From positions 118,521 through 182,520 of the forward strand of contig JAKFBU010000073.1 of assembly GCA_036676985.1 (NCBI GenBank): 64,000 bases of DNA, written 5' to 3'. This DNA is from Candidatus Sericytochromatia bacterium (lineage in GTDB: Bacteria; Cyanobacteriota; Sericytochromatia; S15B-MN24; UBA4093). The translations under genes and the position numbers were made by a program. Positions within the stretch are counted from its first letter, which is position 1, and each line of letters opens with the position of its first letter. Below, piece after piece: positions 49,859 to 61,739 of this stretch. Under the pieces are notes generated by a model, which saw only the letters and a program-made list of their open reading frames with translations, made no database searches and had not been told where the DNA came from.

Positions 49859-51904
49859 ATGCCTAACCGCCTGGCCCACGAGACGAGCCCCTACCTGGTG
49901 CAGCACCAGGACAACCCGGTGGACTGGTATCCGTGGGGCCCCGAGGCGCTCGAGCGCGCCAAGAACGAGGACAAGCCGATCCTCCTGTCGATCGGCTACT
50001 CGGCCTGCCACTGGTGCCACGTGATGGCCCACGAGAGCTTCGAGAACCCGGACATCGCCGCGCTCATGAACGAGCACTTCATCAACGTCAAGGTCGATCG
50101 CGAGGAGCGCCCCGACCTCGACAGCCTGTACATGGCGGCCGTCACGGCCATGACGGGGCAGGGCGGCTGGCCCATGACGGTCTTCCTCACGCCCGACGGC
50201 CGTCCCTTCTTCGGCGGCACCTACTTCCCACCGGCTCCCCGCTACGGGCACCCCGGCTTCCCGACGGTCCTCACGCAGGTCGCACGCACCTATCGCGAGC
50301 GCCGACAGGAGGTCGAGGAAGGGGCGAACCGCATCTTCGACCACCTGCGCGCGCACCTGGGCCCCAAGGCGCACGTGGACACCCTCGACACGGCGCTCTT
50401 GGACGAGGCTGCCCAGAACCTGAGACGGCAGTACGACCCGGTCAACGGCGGCTTCGGCCATGCGCCCAAGTTCCCGCCGTCCATGAGCCTGGAGTTCCTG
50501 TTGCGCAACTTCCGCCGGACGGACAACCAGGAGGATCGCCGCATCGTCGAGCATACGCTCGATCGCATGGCCGCAGGGGGCATGTACGACCACGTCGGGG
50601 GCGGCTTCCACCGCTACTCGGTCGACGCCGAGTGGCTCGTGCCCCACTTCGAGAAGATGCTCTACGACAACGCCCTCCTGAGCCGCCTCTACGTGCTCGC
50701 GCACCAGGCCTTCAAGAAGCCCGAGCTCCGGGGAGTGGCCGAGGAGACCTACGACTGGGTGATCCGCGAGATGACCTCGCCCGAGGGCGGCTTCTACTCG
50801 ACGCTCGATGCGGACTCCGAGGGCGAAGAAGGCAAGTTCTACGTCTGGACGCCCGACGAGGTCGCTGAGGCCCTCGGCAACCCGGCCGCCGCCAAGGTCT
50901 TCGACACCGCCTACGGCGTCACGCCCGAGGGCAACTTCGAGGGCAAGAGCATCCCCAACCTCCTCGAGCCCGTCGAGCAGCGCGCGGATGAGCTCGGCAT
51001 GTCCCAGGGCCGCCTCTTGCAGGAGCTCGCCCTCATGCGGCCCAAGCTCTTCGCGCACCGCGAGCAACGCGTCCGACCCGGCCGGGACGAGAAGATTCTC
51101 ACGGCCTGGAACGGCCTGATGCTGCGCTCCTTCGCCGAGGCCGCCCGCATCCTGGATCGGGACGACTACCGCCAGGTGGCCGTGCGCAACGCGGAGTTCG
51201 TTTTGACCATGTTGCGCCGGGACGGCAAGCTCCTGCGCAGCTTCAAGGACGGCGAGGCCAAGTTCAACGCCTACCTCGAGGACTACGCGAACCTCATCGA
51301 CGGCCTCTTGTCCCTCTACGAGGCGACCTTCGACAGCCGCTGGATGGAGGAGGCCCGCGCCCTCTCCACGGTGATGATCGACGAGTTCTGGGACGACGCC
51401 AGGCAGGAATTCTACGACACGGGCAAGAGCCACGAGGCGCTCATCGCCAGGCCCCAGGAGCGCTTCGACAACGCCACGCCCGCCGGCAACTCGGTGGCCT
51501 GCGACGTGCTCTTGCGCCTGTCGCTGTACCTCGGTGACGAGCGCATGCGGGGCATGGCCGAGACGGCCCTCAAGAACCTGGGGGCCCTCATGCGCAAGTA
51601 CCCCAAAGGCTTCGGGCGCATGCTCTGCGCCCTGGACTTCGCGCTCGCAGACGCCAAGGAGGTGGCCATCATCGGCCACTGGCACGACCCCCAGGCCAAG
51701 GCCATGGTCCATGCGGCCTTTGCCGAGTACGCCCCGCACAAGGTAGTGGCGGGCACCGAGCCCGGGGCCGGCCCGGGGCCGGTGGTCTTTTTGCGCGATC
51801 GCCCGGCCCTGAACGAGCAGCCCACGGCCTACATCTGCACGGGCCAGACCTGCGGCCTGCCCCTGACGGACCCGCAGGAGCTGGCCAAGGAGATCGCGGA
51901 GTAA
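49859..51904 (+). CDS. Thioredoxin-domain protein YyaL/SSP411 (DUF255) family
   Basis: [43 protein letters not shown]. Confidence 0.95.
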   Translation: MPNRLAHETSPYLVQHQDNPVDWYPWGPEALERAKNEDKPILLSIGYSACHWCHVMAHESFENPDIAALMNEHFINVKVDREERPDLDSLYMAAVTAMTGQGGWPMTVFLTPDGRPFFGGTYFPPAPRYGHPGFPTVLTQVARTYRERRQEVEEGANRIFDHLRAHLGPKAHVDTLDTALLDEAAQNLRRQYDPVNGGFGHAPKFPPSMSLEFLLRNFRRTDNQEDRRIVEHTLDRMAAGGMYDHVGGGFHRYSVDAEWLVPHFEKMLYDNALLSRLYVLAHQAFKKPELRGVAEETYDWVIREMTSPEGGFYSTLDADSEGEEGKFYVWTPDEVAEALGNPAAAKVFDTAYGVTPEGNFEGKSIPNLLEPVEQRADELGMSQGRLLQELALMRPKLFAHREQRVRPGRDEKILTAWNGLMLRSFAEAARILDRDDYRQVAVRNAEFVLTMLRRDGKLLRSFKDGEAKFNAYLEDYANLIDGLLSLYEATFDSRWMEEARALSTVMIDEFWDDARQEFYDTGKSHEALIARPQERFDNATPAGNSVACDVLLRLSLYLGDERMRGMAETALKNLGALMRKYPKGFGRMLCALDFALADAKEVAIIGHWHDPQAKAMVHAAFAEYAPHKVVAGTEPGAGPGPVVFLRDRPALNEQPTAYICTGQTCGLPLTDPQELAKEIAE

Positions 51905-52060
51905 GTCGTGGCGGCCGATCGCGCCGCCGGCGCCCGGCAAGGACCCGTCTCGGTTGGCCGACCCGCGACCCTATGACCGTCAGCGGCAGCGGTATCGGAT
52001 CGCCTAAAATCGGCCCGCGGAGCGCGTGACGGTCGGCCCGGAAGCGGGCAAAATACCTCC

Positions 52061-55000
52061 ATGAGCAACCATGTGCCGTTCCGCTTGGCGGAGCGATTCG
52101 GAAACGAGCCGCCGGGACTCCCGGCGCAACCCCGCCGCGGGCTCGAGGCGTGGCTCCAGGAGCCCATGCCGCGCGCCTGGATCCTGGTGGGCGGAGCCGG
52201 CGCGGGCAAGACGTGTGCCGCCCGGCTCATGGCCGAGCGGCTAGGCGGACCGCTCATCTGGCTCGACCGCCCGACACCCAAGTCGCTCGGGACGTTACTG
52301 GGCATGCCCGAGGACTCCTCCGACGAGGCCGTCGGAAGTGCACTGTGCACCGCCCTTGGCGACCGGTACCCCGGCGGTGCCACCTTCGTGCTCGATGCAG
52401 CCGAGCAGCTCTCGGGCCCCTGCCTCGCCGCCATTGTCCGTGCCCCCAGCCCGCTGGCCGTCATCGTGACCCGGAGGCCGGACGTGCCGCGCGGTCTGGC
52501 TCGTCTGGTGGCCGAGGGCAGTGTCCGCCTCCTCTATCCCTCGGATCTCTACCTGCGGCCCGAGGAACGGGCCGAGTGGGTGGGCGGCGATCCGACCCCT
52601 GCCGCCGAGCTCGGCGGTTGGCCCCTCGGCACCCAGGTGCTCGCGACCCATGGGCCGAAGCCCGGCCGCATGGCCCTGCTCATGGAGCTCGTTCAGACCG
52701 AGCTCCTGGATCCCTTACCCGTGGAGCTCAGGACGCAGGCCATCCGGTATGCGCCCTTGCCGACCTTGACACCGGAGGCGTTCGCCAAGCTCGGAGCGAC
52801 CGGGGACTCCCGCGCCCTGGTGGACGCATGGCAACGCTGGGGCCTGGTTTCGACCTCCGATGGCGCGTTGACCTGGATCCCCATGGTCCGAATCGTCCTG
52901 CTCTCCGCCTGGCTGTCGATCACCTCCCTCGAGGATCAGGACCGGACCATCCAGGTGCTCCTCGGCACCATGACCGCGGGCGAGCGGGCCCGTGCCATCC
53001 GCTGGCTCCTGGACCATGGACACCAGCGGCATGCCCTGGGCATCCTGCGAGACCTGCAGGCCGAGGCCACCCGCCGCCCCGGTCTCAAGGACCGGCTCGC
53101 CGAGTGTCTGGCACTCTTTCCGGAGCAGGCTCGGACGACCCTGCCCGAGCTCCTCCTGGTGGCGGGCGACCTGCTGCGCGCCCGGGGGGCCCATGCGGAT
53201 GCGGCGGCCCGCTACGCGGAGGCCGAGCGGATATGGCAGCAGCAGGGAGACGAGGCCCATGCGTTCGAGGCCCTCGTCTCGCGACTGAACCTGGCCGCCG
53301 TGCGCCAGGAGACCGCCGAGACCGCGCGCCTGGAGGCCGAGGCACGCGCCCGCGAGGCCTTTGCGTCGCCCTTCCAGCGCCACCGGTTCTACAACCTGAG
53401 GGCCGGCTGGCATGCCGACCAGGGACGCGAGGAGGAGGCCGTCGCCGACCTCCGGCGCATCCTCGCCCATCCCCACTTCGACGACCCGGACTACCTGACC
53501 CTGCACATGGTGGCCTCCCTCAACCTCGGCTGGATCTACGAGGAGCACGGAGACTTTCTCGAGGCGCCGCGCCTCTTCGAGCGGGTGATCGCGATCGCCG
53601 AGTCCTTTCCCGACCGGCCGAGCGCCGCCAGGGCCGCCCGCCTCTTCCTCGCGCTCATCTGCTGTTGGCAGGGCGACGTGGCCGGCGCCCGGGAGCACCT
53701 GAGCCGACTGGGCCAGGCTCCCCTCGAAGACCGCCTGCGCGAGGCCGCCAGCTACCGGCTCGAGGGTGACTGCCACCTGTGGATGGGCGAGCTCGCAGCC
53801 GCTTCGGACTGCTTCCAGAAGGCCTTGAGCCTGTTCGGGAGCCTCGGACACAGCGAGCAGGTCGATGCCGGGGCGACCCTCGGCAAGCTCGCCGTGATCG
53901 CGCGGTGGCGAGGCGAGTTCGCAAGCGCGCTCGAGCTGCACCACAAGGCCCTGCCCAAGGTCAAGGACATTCCCCGCGTCAAGGCGGACGTGCTCCTGGA
54001 ATGGGGGCTCACGCACCTGGCGGCAGGGGCCGCCGGCGAGGCCCGGCGGGTCCTCGAGGAGGCGCTCGCGTGTCTGAAGGGCATCCGGACCCCCTTCCTG
54101 GAAGCTCGCGCGCTCCTCGCCCTCGCGGCGGCCGCGGACCGATCGGGCGACGACCGGGCAGCCGCCCGCCACCTGGCGGCTGCGCTCGAGATCGTCGCGC
54201 GGGGTGGCTACTACCACGTGCTGGTGCTGCAGCGAGAGATCCGGCCGGACCTTTGGCGGCTCCTCAACCGTCACGGGCATCAGGCGCAGCTCGCCAAGGT
54301 GGAGGCAAGCTTTCCTCAAGAGGCGGCCGAGATCCGCGCCCAGCTCGCCGCGGATGGTCCGGCCTTGCCGCCGGCACCGCCCGCTGCCCTGGTGATCCGG
54401 ACCTTCGGGCCCATGATCGTCAAGGTGGCCGGCACTCCTGCGGAATGGCCGCGCAAGAAGGCCAAGGTCCTGCTCGCGAACCTGCTCTTGTCGCCCCACG
54501 GCTTGAGCCGGGCCGAACTGTGCGAGACGCTCTTCCCGGAGCTCGCGGAGAAGGTCGCCCAAGGGCGCCTCGACCAGCTGGTCTTCAGCCTGCGCAAGGT
54601 CCTCGGGGGCGGCCTTACGTTCAAGGAAGGGCGCTACGAGCTCGCCCGGCAGGGCCTATGGGTGGATCACCGGGCCTTCGACGAGGCCTACGCCCGGGGT
54701 CACCGCGCGCGCCAGCAGGGAGCGGACGCCGAGGCGATCGCGTGTTTCGAGACGGCCGTCGAGCTCTACCGGGGCCCCCTGTTCACCGAGCTGGCGGACG
54801 GCTTCGAGGCGGAGCGGCACCACTACCTGACGCGGGCCCTGGAGCTATTGGGGCTGCTCGCCGAGGCCCATCTGAAGGCCAGCCACGCCGAGCGGGCGCG
54901 CGCCTGCCTGGATCGGCTCCTGGAGCTCGACCCGTGCAACGAGGCCGCCCACCGGCAGCTCATGGCGCTCTACCTGCAGTTCGAGCGTCCCGACCTGGCC

Positions 55001-55114
55001 CGCCGCCAGTACCAGCTGTGCGAGCGCCACTTGAGGCAAGAGCTGGACGTGGAGCCGTCCGACGAGACGCGCGCCCTCGCCGGCCGCTTACAGCCGCTTG
55101 CCGAGGGCGCGTAA
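52061..55114 (+). CDS. MalT-like ATPase/TPR protein with C-terminal SARP-type wHTH-BTAD activator domain
   Basis: GGAGAGKT, GGWP, TPR-like helices; RTFGP..V, KAK.LL..L, LYRGP, LDPCNEAAHRQLM...Y..C...L..EL.VEPS.ET. Confidence 0.85.
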   Translation: MSNHVPFRLAERFGNEPPGLPAQPRRGLEAWLQEPMPRAWILVGGAGAGKTCAARLMAERLGGPLIWLDRPTPKSLGTLLGMPEDSSDEAVGSALCTALGDRYPGGATFVLDAAEQLSGPCLAAIVRAPSPLAVIVTRRPDVPRGLARLVAEGSVRLLYPSDLYLRPEERAEWVGGDPTPAAELGGWPLGTQVLATHGPKPGRMALLMELVQTELLDPLPVELRTQAIRYAPLPTLTPEAFAKLGATGDSRALVDAWQRWGLVSTSDGALTWIPMVRIVLLSAWLSITSLEDQDRTIQVLLGTMTAGERARAIRWLLDHGHQRHALGILRDLQAEATRRPGLKDRLAECLALFPEQARTTLPELLLVAGDLLRARGAHADAAARYAEAERIWQQQGDEAHAFEALVSRLNLAAVRQETAETARLEAEARAREAFASPFQRHRFYNLRAGWHADQGREEEAVADLRRILAHPHFDDPDYLTLHMVASLNLGWIYEEHGDFLEAPRLFERVIAIAESFPDRPSAARAARLFLALICCWQGDVAGAREHLSRLGQAPLEDRLREAASYRLEGDCHLWMGELAAASDCFQKALSLFGSLGHSEQVDAGATLGKLAVIARWRGEFASALELHHKALPKVKDIPRVKADVLLEWGLTHLAAGAAGEARRVLEEALACLKGIRTPFLEARALLALAAAADRSGDDRAAARHLAAALEIVARGGYYHVLVLQREIRPDLWRLLNRHGHQAQLAKVEASFPQEAAEIRAQLAADGPALPPAPPAALVIRTFGPMIVKVAGTPAEWPRKKAKVLLANLLLSPHGLSRAELCETLFPELAEKVAQGRLDQLVFSLRKVLGGGLTFKEGRYELARQGLWVDHRAFDEAYARGHRARQQGADAEAIACFETAVELYRGPLFTELADGFEAERHHYLTRALELLGLLAEAHLKASHAERARACLDRLLELDPCNEAAHRQLMALYLQFERPDLARRQYQLCERHLRQELDVEPSDETRALAGRLQPLAEGA

Positions 55115-55162
55115 GGGCGTGCAAGGGCGAGCAAGGGCTTGTAAGTCCCTTGTAAGTCCCGT
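55111..55162 (+). repeat. Five phased direct repeats G(T/C)AAG(G/T)(G/C)C with 10-11 bp period (probable SARP/BTAD operator)
   Basis: gtaagggcgt gcaagggcga gcaagggctt gtaagtccctt gtaagtcccgt. Confidence 0.65.
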
Positions 55163-55177
55163 CGGCACCATGGAGGC

Positions 55178-55375
55178 ATGAGCCTTTCCTACCGTGACCT
55201 GTGCCGGCTGCGCGACAGCGGTTACAGCCTTTCGACCATCATCGTCCACGCCTTCGTCCACGAAGAGGGCATGCTGCCGGCGCCCGACATCGCCCGCCGG
55301 TGCGGCCTCTCCGAGCGCGCGGTCTACCTGGCCCTGCGCGCCATCAAGGACCGCCAGCACCTGCCGCGCGCCTGA
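55178..55375 (+). CDS. Small helix-turn-helix protein (65 aa)
   Basis: GGAGG + ATG; APDIARRCGLSERAVYLALR HTH pattern. Confidence 0.7.
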   Translation: MSLSYRDLCRLRDSGYSLSTIIVHAFVHEEGMLPAPDIARRCGLSERAVYLALRAIKDRQHLPRA

Positions 55376-55387
55376 GGCCGCAGGGCA

Positions 55388-55435
55388 CCCATGGGTCGAG
55401 GCCCGCCGCTACCGCGGCGGGCCTCGACCCATGGG
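55388..55435. terminator. 22-bp perfect hairpin between convergent genes
   Basis: CCCATGGGTCGAGGCCCGCCGC-TACC-GCGGCGGGCCTCGACCCATGGG. Confidence 0.65.
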
Positions 55436-55437
55436 AG

Positions 55438-56382
55438 CTAAACCGTGAAGGTTGCGGCGATGAGCTCGACCGCCAGGCGGGCGCTCTCGTTGCGCGTGTC
55501 GAGCAAGGGGTCCACCTCGACCATGTCGATGGACCGCAGGTGGCCGGAGCGGCCGATCAGCTTGAAGGCCTGGCGCGCCTCGCGGGCGGTCATGCCGTCG
55601 TGCACCGGGCTGCCCACGCCGGGCGCCTCGCGCGGGTCCAGAACGTCCATGTCGAAGCTCAGGTGGATGCCCGCCGTGCCGTCGGAGGCAAGGGCAATCG
55701 CCTCTTCGACGATGGTCCGGATGCCCCGCTCCTCCACGTCGGCCATGGTGAAGACCTTGACGCCCGTCGCGTCGATGAGGGCCTGCTCGTCCGGATCCAG
55801 GTCGCGCGCGCCGATGAGCACCGCGTTCTCGGGACGGATCTTGGGCATGAGGCCGCCCAGCTGCGTCAGCTCGGGCGCGCCGTGGCCGAGGGCCACCGCG
55901 AAGGGCATGCCGTGGATGTGACCCGAGAGGGTGGTCTGGGCGGTGTTGAAGTCGCCGTGGGCGTCGAACCAGATGAGGCCGAGGGACTCGCCGCGCTCGG
56001 CCAGGGCCGAGGCCACGCCCGCCACCGTCCCGATGGCGACCGAGTGGTCACCGCCGAGGAACACGCCCACCTGGCCGACGCGCACGGCGTCGCGGGCGGC
56101 CTCGCAGGCGGCCTGACCCATCTCGATGACCGACGGCAGGTTGCGCAGCCGGTCCGAATGCGGGATGGCGTCCGCCGGGACCCGCACGTCGCCGGCATCG
56201 AGGATGTTGAGCCCCAGCTGCGTGAGCCGGTCCGAGAGGCCGGCGTAGCGGATGGCCCGGGTCGCGAGGCCCGATCCGCGCCGCGGGGCGCCGAGGTCGA
56301 ACGGGATGCCGACGATCACGGCGTCGTGCGTCGGTCGAAAAGTCCTGGTACGTTCCAATTCGCTCGTTTGCGTGCTCGTCAT
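55438..56382 (-). CDS. rocF: Arginase
   Basis: GGDHSVAIG, WFDAHGDFNT, SG.IHGMP, SFDMDVLDP..APGVG. Confidence 0.9.
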   Translation of the reverse strand: MTSTQTSELERTRTFRPTHDAVIVGIPFDLGAPRRGSGLATRAIRYAGLSDRLTQLGLNILDAGDVRVPADAIPHSDRLRNLPSVIEMGQAACEAARDAVRVGQVGVFLGGDHSVAIGTVAGVASALAERGESLGLIWFDAHGDFNTAQTTLSGHIHGMPFAVALGHGAPELTQLGGLMPKIRPENAVLIGARDLDPDEQALIDATGVKVFTMADVEERGIRTIVEEAIALASDGTAGIHLSFDMDVLDPREAPGVGSPVHDGMTAREARQAFKLIGRSGHLRSIDMVEVDPLLDTRNESARLAVELIAATFTV

Positions 56383-56590
56383 AACCTCTCCTTCGAGGAA
56401 ACGGTCGCTAAATAGCTGAAATGGGGCCCGCGCAAGGTCATCGTAGCCCATAACGCGGGTTTTGGCCCACCGTCCCTCCTATGATACCCGAAAGCAAGGC
56501 TTTTTGTCTCGGCCGATCGGTCCAAAAGGGCGTTCACAAGCCGTCAGCTCCATGCCAACCGCCACCAAATGCGGTAAAATATTGGCCATT

Positions 56591-57559
<969 letters not shown>

Positions 57560-57562
57560 TCG

Positions 57563-57595
57563 AAAGGCCCTTCCTGAGCGGGAAGGGCCTTTTTC
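57563..57595 (+). terminator. Intrinsic terminator after nadA
   Basis: AAAGGCCCTTCC...GGAAGGGCCTTTTT. Confidence 0.8.
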
Positions 57596-57596
57596 A

Positions 57597-57640
57597 TAAA
57601 GGAACCGTTCGCCCCTGCGACCTGGCTCAAGCCGAACGGG
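57597..57640 (+). repeat. Single-arm copy of the 39429-39592 element
   Basis: TAAAGGAACCGTTC...CGACCTGGCTCAAGCCGAACGG. Confidence 0.7.
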
Positions 57641-57678
57641 ATTTATGGTGGGACCGTCTGCGGAGCGGATCCCCGGGG

Positions 57679-58170
57679 CTACCGCGTGGTCGGAATCCGG
57701 TGCTCCGCGATGATCTGCTCCAGGAGTCCCGCACACGCCTCGTCCACCAGGTCGTAGACCAGGTCGAAGCCCTCGGGGCCACCGAAGTAGGGATCCGGCA
57801 CGTCCGGCGTGCCGCGGTGCGGCGCGAACTCCATCATGCGTACCAGGCGGGCCGTGGCCTCCCCGGCGGGGTCCAGCGAGCGGATGTCCGCGAGGTTCTG
57901 CGCGTCCATGGCCACGACGTAGTCGTAGGCTTTCAGGTCCTCCGGGCGGATCTGACGGGCCCGCTGGCCCGAGATGTCCACGCCGCGCTCGCTCGCCACC
58001 CGCTGGGAGCCGTGGTGGGGCTCGGAGCCCACATGCCAGTTCCCGGTGCCGGCCGAATCGATGTCGAAATAGGCCTCGAGCCCCGCCTGCGTCACGCGGT
58101 GGCGGAAGATGCCCTCGCCGAGCGGCGAGCGGCAGATGTTGCCCAGGCAAACGAACAGTACTTTGATCAT
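57679..58170 (-). CDS. Low molecular weight protein-tyrosine phosphatase
   Basis: FVCLGNICRS, DSAGT, VPDPYFG. Confidence 0.95.
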   Translation of the reverse strand: MIKVLFVCLGNICRSPLGEGIFRHRVTQAGLEAYFDIDSAGTGNWHVGSEPHHGSQRVASERGVDISGQRARQIRPEDLKAYDYVVAMDAQNLADIRSLDPAGEATARLVRMMEFAPHRGTPDVPDPYFGGPEGFDLVYDLVDEACAGLLEQIIAEHRIPTTR

Positions 58171-58249
58171 GGGGTCCTCCGCCCCCATGATAGCAGGCTC
58201 GGCCGCTCTGCGCGTGACGCGCGGGGCCGGGATTTGGTAGACTCGGGGC

Positions 58250-58681
58250 ATGACGAGTTCATTTCAAGGGCTGACTCCGCCCTCCGACAATCCCCAGGAG
58301 CCCCTCTACAACGCCATCGGGCCCGAGGTGATCGACCGGCTGGTCCGGGCCTTTTACCCCCGGGTGGCCGCCGATCCCGAGCTGAGCCCGATCTTCCCGG
58401 CGGACCTCACGGAGGTCGCCGAAAAGCAGCGGCTCTTCCTGACGCAGTTCCTGGGCGGCCCGCCGCTCTACAGCGAGGTGCACGGCCACCCGCGGATGCG
58501 GGCGCGCCACATGCCCTTCCCCATCACGCCCGCCCGGGCGCGGGCCTGGCTGCGCAACATGGCCGCCGCCATGGACGAGGTCGGCCTCGAGGGGCCCGTC
58601 CGCGCGGAGTTCTTCCACCGCCTGGAGCTGACGGCCCAGCACATGGTCAACCAGGTCGACGAGCTGGAGACGCTGCGCTAG
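58250..58681 (+). CDS. Group II truncated hemoglobin (YjbI/GlbO-like)
   Basis: FY.RV..D, FLTQFLGGP.LY...GHPRMRARH..F, W...M. Confidence 0.92.
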   Translation: MTSSFQGLTPPSDNPQEPLYNAIGPEVIDRLVRAFYPRVAADPELSPIFPADLTEVAEKQRLFLTQFLGGPPLYSEVHGHPRMRARHMPFPITPARARAWLRNMAAAMDEVGLEGPVRAEFFHRLELTAQHMVNQVDELETLR

Positions 58682-58697
58682 CAGACGCGCTCGACCC

Positions 58698-60659
58698 TCA
58701 CGCCCTCGGGGCGGACCCGTCGCCATCGACCGGCAGCACGACGTAGAAGGTGCTGCCCTCGCCGAGCACGCTCTCGGCCCAGATGCGCCCCCCGTGCAGC
58801 TGCACGATGTTACGACAGATGGTCAGCCCCAGCCCCGTACCGCCCTTCTGGCGGGAGTCGGAGGCATCCACCTGCCCGAACCGCTCGAAGATGGCCTCGA
58901 GCCGGTCGGGCGGTATCCCGCGCCCGTCGTCGGAGACCTGGAAGCGCACCTCGGATCCGAGCTTCCGGGCCGCGAGGCGTACCCGCGAGCCGCCGGAGGA
59001 GAATTTGACGGCGTTGTCGATCAGGTTGGTGAGCACCTGGTGCAGCCGATCGGCGTCCGCCGTGAGCTCCCACGAGCCGGGCTCCAGCTCGAGGGTCACG
59101 TTCGCCCGTTGGGCGACGGTCGCCATGGCCTCGACGGCCGCATGCAAAAGCTCGTCCGTGCGACAGGTGCGCGGTTGGAGGACCAGGGACCCCGAGGCCA
59201 TGCGCTCGACGTCCAGGATGTCGTTGATGAGGCGCACCAGGCGATCGCTGTTGCGGGCGGCCACCTCGAGCATGTCCTGACCCCGGGAGTCCAGCTGGCC
59301 GAGCCGTCCGCTGGCCAACAGGCCGAGGGATCCCCGGATGGCCGTCAGGGGCGTGCGCAGCTCGTGGCTCACCACCGAGACGAACTCGTCCTTCATGCGC
59401 TCGATGGCCCGCTGCTCGGTGACGTCCTGCGCCACGCCGATGGCGCGCCCGGCCGGGCGCAGGGGGTCCGGGACGACCTCGTAGCGCAGGGCCAGGATCC
59501 GGCACTGGCCGTCGGGTCGGATGATGCGCACCTGAGCCGTGAAGGGCTCGCCGCGCTCCAAGCGCCCTCTCAGCTCGTCCCGGTCCTCGGGATGGACCTG
59601 CTCCAGCAGCGCGGACCGGCTCGGGACCACGGCCCGCGGCGGCCATCCGAGCAGGCGGAACATCTCGTCGGACCAAGTCATGGCCCCGGCGGACGGACCC
59701 TGCTCCCAGCTGCCCATGTGGGCGATGGTCTGGGCCTCCATGAGGAGGGCCTCATTCTGCTTGAGCTGGATCTGGACCTGCTCGCGCGCCTGCGCCGTGC
59801 GGCTCATGGAGAAGGCCAGGGCCCAGATGAGGGCCACCGACGTGGCGACCAGGCAGGCGATCAGGAGGGCCGCCCCCACGGTGGGGTCGAACCACCCCAG
59901 CTGCTCACCGCGTAAGCGCGCCACGCCGAGGCCGACCGGCAGGAGGACGAAGGGCGGAATGAGGCGACGAGCGAGCTTGCCGCCCGGATCCTGGCGGAAC
60001 AAGACGCTCGTCAGGGCCTGGCCCGGCTGCATGAAGAGCACGCCGACCGAGAGGCCCACCAGCGTGAAGCCCGAATTGAGGGCCATGGGCAGGTAGGCGC
60101 CATAGGGGGAGTGGTGGCTGATCCGGTGGGCGTATCCGATGAGGGCGACCAGCGCGATCCAGGCGGCGGTCAGGGCGAGGCCCTGCGATATGAGCACCCG
60201 GCCCTTGTCGGCCCGGCGCCCCAGCAGGTAGGCCGCAGCGAGCAAAAAGAAGCAGATGGCCGTGTTCCGGCCCATGTAGCTGGGCACGGGAGCCGCCACG
60301 GAATGCAGCCGCTCGGCGAACAGCGTCTGGTCGAGGCCCGACTCGTAGGGGAAGAGCTGTTCGCCAAGCTCGAGGCCCGAGGCCACCAGGACCACGACCG
60401 CCAGGGCGTTTGCGACGCGGCGAGCAGCGGGCGAGTCGACGGCGAAGAGGGCGAGTGCCGACCCCAGCAAGACGAAGAGCACGGCCGAGGCCGGGTTCAT
60501 GGCCGTGCCCGTCGGCAGCACCTGACGCAGCACGTCGAGCTCCAGCCACCAGCCGACCAGCGCGAGCAGCCCGACGAGAATCGCCGCTCCGCCGAACGCG
60601 CCGACCAGGCGGGTCATGGAGGAGCGCAGGAGGCTCGTGGGCTGCGGGGCGCTGGACAT
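58698..60659 (-). CDS. Membrane PAS sensor histidine kinase
   Basis: Multi-TM N-terminus; PAS_3; SHELRTPL, NAVKFS, GTGLGL. Confidence 0.92.
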   Translation of the reverse strand: MSSAPQPTSLLRSSMTRLVGAFGGAAILVGLLALVGWWLELDVLRQVLPTGTAMNPASAVLFVLLGSALALFAVDSPAARRVANALAVVVLVASGLELGEQLFPYESGLDQTLFAERLHSVAAPVPSYMGRNTAICFFLLAAAYLLGRRADKGRVLISQGLALTAAWIALVALIGYAHRISHHSPYGAYLPMALNSGFTLVGLSVGVLFMQPGQALTSVLFRQDPGGKLARRLIPPFVLLPVGLGVARLRGEQLGWFDPTVGAALLIACLVATSVALIWALAFSMSRTAQAREQVQIQLKQNEALLMEAQTIAHMGSWEQGPSAGAMTWSDEMFRLLGWPPRAVVPSRSALLEQVHPEDRDELRGRLERGEPFTAQVRIIRPDGQCRILALRYEVVPDPLRPAGRAIGVAQDVTEQRAIERMKDEFVSVVSHELRTPLTAIRGSLGLLASGRLGQLDSRGQDMLEVAARNSDRLVRLINDILDVERMASGSLVLQPRTCRTDELLHAAVEAMATVAQRANVTLELEPGSWELTADADRLHQVLTNLIDNAVKFSSGGSRVRLAARKLGSEVRFQVSDDGRGIPPDRLEAIFERFGQVDASDSRQKGGTGLGLTICRNIVQLHGGRIWAESVLGEGSTFYVVLPVDGDGSAPRA

Positions 60660-60742
60660 GGCGTTCCCCTTTCCGGTGGGCGGTCGCGTGCGACGTCCCT
60701 ACCGTATCCGAGGATCCTGAAGGAAGCCTGAATGGGTTTGCG

Positions 60743-61564
60743 CTAGAGCAGGTCGCCCCACAGGAAGCGCATGGCGGCTGGGAAGCGGTTGGCCCAGCAG
60801 AGCTCGCTATGCGCGCCGCGGGCGTCGTAGAGCCAGAAGTAATCCTGCCGCTGGCGCCAGCCCTGGGTGCGCAGGATCTGGTCCATGCGCCGCGCATGCT
60901 CGGCGAAGGGGCGGCTGCGCTCCTTGCGCCCGACCTCCATGCCGCCCACGTCCAGGTAGAGGCGGGCGTTCTCGGGGCGCTCCTGCTCGCGGATGTAGTC
61001 GAAGACCGCCCCCTTGGCGAAGTGCAACGACGGGCTGAAGACGGCGGCGCGCCCGAAGGTCTCGCGCGCATGGTAGAGGGCGTAGAGCGAGGTCAGGCCG
61101 CCCATGGAGGACCCGGCCACCGCCGTGTGGGCGGGATCCGGCTTGGTGCGCAGCACCCGGTCGATGGTGGGCTTGAGGTCGTGGGTGACCCACTTGAGGA
61201 AGTCGTCACCCTCGCCCTTGGCCTTGAAGCGCTCGTCCGGCCAGGGGCTCTGCTCGCTGAGGCGATCGGCCCCGCCGTTGTCGATGCCCACCACGATGAG
61301 CGGGGGCAACTCGCCAGCGGCGGTCAGAAGGTCGAGCGAGGCTCCCACCCGCCATGCGCCGCAGAAGGAGCGCTGGTGCTCGAAGAGGTTCTGGCCGTCC
61401 CACATGTAGAGGACCGGATAGCGCAGGTGCCAGGAACGCTCGTAGCCGAGGGGCAGGTAGACGTCTACCCGGCGCTTTCGCTTGAGCTTGGGGATGTCGA
61501 AGACCCCCAGCGTGTAGAGCCGGGACGTCGAAGGAATACGCGCCAGTTGAGCCGCGTAAGGCAT
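60743..61564 (-). CDS. Putative esterase (alpha/beta hydrolase, Fes/IroE-like)
   Basis: VYLP.GY, YPVLYMWDGQNLF, GSSMGG, AHSE..WA.R. Confidence 0.9.
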   Translation of the reverse strand: MPYAAQLARIPSTSRLYTLGVFDIPKLKRKRRVDVYLPLGYERSWHLRYPVLYMWDGQNLFEHQRSFCGAWRVGASLDLLTAAGELPPLIVVGIDNGGADRLSEQSPWPDERFKAKGEGDDFLKWVTHDLKPTIDRVLRTKPDPAHTAVAGSSMGGLTSLYALYHARETFGRAAVFSPSLHFAKGAVFDYIREQERPENARLYLDVGGMEVGRKERSRPFAEHARRMDQILRTQGWRQRQDYFWLYDARGAHSELCWANRFPAAMRFLWGDLL

Positions 61565-61739
61565 GTCAACCGCCTCTCCAGATGTTAGGGCGCCGATGAG
61601 GCCTTCGATTATACCCAGCCCTATGGGGGGGTGCATGTGCGAAACGCACCGATCCCCCCGTTGGCCTTGGCGTACGCACATGCGCTCCCGGCCGCTCCCG
61701 CTTTGGACTATGATGGAAGGGCAAGACGAGGAGGCAAGG

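Noticed and set aside
55111-55162. Short repeats here and at 24745 as CRISPR arrays
   Set aside because: Units are 9-11 bp with no spacers, and there are no cas genes.
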